Shown one piece after another: positions 22,547 through 23,955 of a stretch of DNA of 23,955 bases. The translations under genes were made by a program, and so were the position numbers. Source of the DNA: Paraphysomonas bandaiensis (lineage: Eukaryota > Protista > Chrysophyceae). The notes beneath the pieces are model-generated. The model was not told where the DNA came from. It was given only the letters and a program-made list of their open reading frames with translations, and searched no databases. The DNA is taken from NCBI GenBank assembly GCA_965644295.1, contig CBFFRP010000278.1, positions 1 through 23,955 on the forward strand, in the 5' to 3' direction. How positions within the stretch are numbered: position 1 is the stretch's first letter; every line of letters begins with the position of its first letter.

Positions 22547-23245
22547 TTAATAATTACCATCTCCCGTATGCCAGTTTTCAGGATATATATACTCGCTATC
22601 CAGAGACTCGTCTCTGCCATAATTGGAAACATGAGCGCTTTGATGGTTGGAATCATTATCTTGTAGTTCAAATGAACTACAGTCATTATCACTTCTTTCA
22701 TTCTCCCATATAAGCTCAATTTTTTGATGTGTCAGCTCATCAGAATCATATTCGATATCTGCATCGGTACTGACTTCCCTTTCACTCATCCTGAAACAAT
22801 TATCGTCCACAGATATATTACTATAGTCTGCATCACTAGATGACGATATGTTGCAGTCATTATCTTCTACTTCAGATAGACATCGCTTCCTACCAATCGT
22901 GTTATCATAATCTCTGCTATCATCCCATATCAATTGTTCTATAGCATCTAGCTCATCAAGTGACATGGCACACAACTCATCCACATCACTTCGAATATCC
23001 TCATCAATTGGGAAGTCAGTGCCGATCGTTACATCAGCATAGTTGTTTTGTATGAATATATCATTTTGACCTTGAAGGGGTAGAGATTGATGAGTGTTGT
23101 AGACATTCTCCAGTGTTCCGTAGTTGTTCGGGGGTGAGATAACTGTACCTTCTAACTCCTGTATGTTTGATGACTGTGCAAGTTGAATGAGCGTATGAGC
23201 TGCCTCCAGATCACATTTTGGGATGGCTAAATTATGATTAGACAT
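22547..23245 (-). CDS. Acidic, low-complexity orphan protein (232 aa; may be extended by a 44-nt intron 22557-22514)
   Basis: A 699-nt ATG-initiated ORF in AT-rich DNA is unlikely to be random. It is D/E/S/N-rich, with a short amphipathic LEAAHTLIQLA motif and a basic GRKR patch. I recognise no folded domain. Confidence 0.5.
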   Translation of the reverse strand: MSNHNLAIPKCDLEAAHTLIQLAQSSNIQELEGTVISPPNNYGTLENVYNTHQSLPLQGQNDIFIQNNYADVTIGTDFPIDEDIRSDVDELCAMSLDELDAIEQLIWDDSRDYDNTIGRKRCLSEVEDNDCNISSSSDADYSNISVDDNCFRMSEREVSTDADIEYDSDELTHQKIELIWENERSDNDCSSFELQDNDSNHQSAHVSNYGRDESLDSEYIYPENWHTGDGNY

Positions 23246-23955
23246 TGTGGATATGAATTAGAATGAAGTTGATCTTAATTGCAAGGCAGTTAGTTACGAG
23301 GATACGGAGATGCTTTCTATGAAGGTGTCCAACAAAAAAAGTATAATCTGTCCACGATTTTTTATCAAAATGATCCGCTCTCAAAAAATGAAGGAATAAA
23401 ACCCACCGAAGTGTGTATTTCTATTTTTTGTTCGTGCTGGGATGCGAAATTCCGGATTCCGAGGTATGCCCTCGATATGCAGAATGGAATGAATTTTCTT
23501 CTCAATTTCTATCAACTTAACACACCGACTATTATTTTATGGGCACATACAGTCGTCTTTGACTTACATCAGTGAATATAAGTTCCGATTCGGAGTCACA
23601 ATCAGACCACTGAGACGTCTCACACAACAGGAACTCCAACTGCCGCTTTGTCTTGAAAAGACGCCTTATAGTTACTATCTCTTTGGTACAGAGGCCATAA
23701 CACCTTTTCCCATAGCTCATATACTTAATCTTCTGTCTTTTAATTAGCATTTTGAGCTTTATATTATGCTTTAATATTAACACCACAGTGTCGATACCAT
23801 TATGCTCAAAGCAAATGTTGCTTCTGCTTTCGTAAGCACTTCGGCTTTCGAAAGCCAAAGGGCTCTGGCTTTCAACTACAAGATTTCAGTAGTTTTACGG
23901 AATGAAAGCAAAAAATGTAACAAAAACGTGGTTTTGGTTGTATCGCAAACACTCT

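Noticed and set aside
23532-23858. 108-aa minus-strand ORF
   Set aside because: It has a non-ATG start in the ORF track and no recognisable motif, so there is not enough support to call it a gene.

Overview
This is an AT-rich, intron-containing eukaryotic window. Short GT-AG introns of about 45-110 nt and the gene content suggest a protist, probably a stramenopile (inference). By manual splicing I reconstructed four intact spliced genes: a small COA3-like mitochondrial protein (948-1240, -), a 14-exon ~1419-aa secreted mosaic protein (8587-13570, -), a 5-exon TEY-type MAP kinase transcribed divergently from it (14232-15724, +), and a 5-exon multi-pass membrane protein (17290-18957, +). The mosaic protein reads signal peptide / intradiol-dioxygenase-like domain with degenerate iron ligands / small beta-barrel / apparently circularly permuted F5/8C (discoidin) domain / many CPxGxYC (GCC2-GCC3-type) repeats. 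The window also holds an intronless F-box + 29-aa ankyrin-like 'PPCPW' repeat gene (4008-5525, -) with decayed extra repeats past its stop codon, a 620-bp MITE-like element with ~160-bp TIRs and a 5-bp TSD (2486-3105), a perfect (ATGT)~133 microsatellite, a frameshifted Gbp2/hnRNP-M-like RRM pseudogene, fragments of a dispersed repeat family, and an acidic orphan ORF. I saw no rRNA, tRNA or CRISPR array. All homology calls come from motif recognition by eye; no searches were run.
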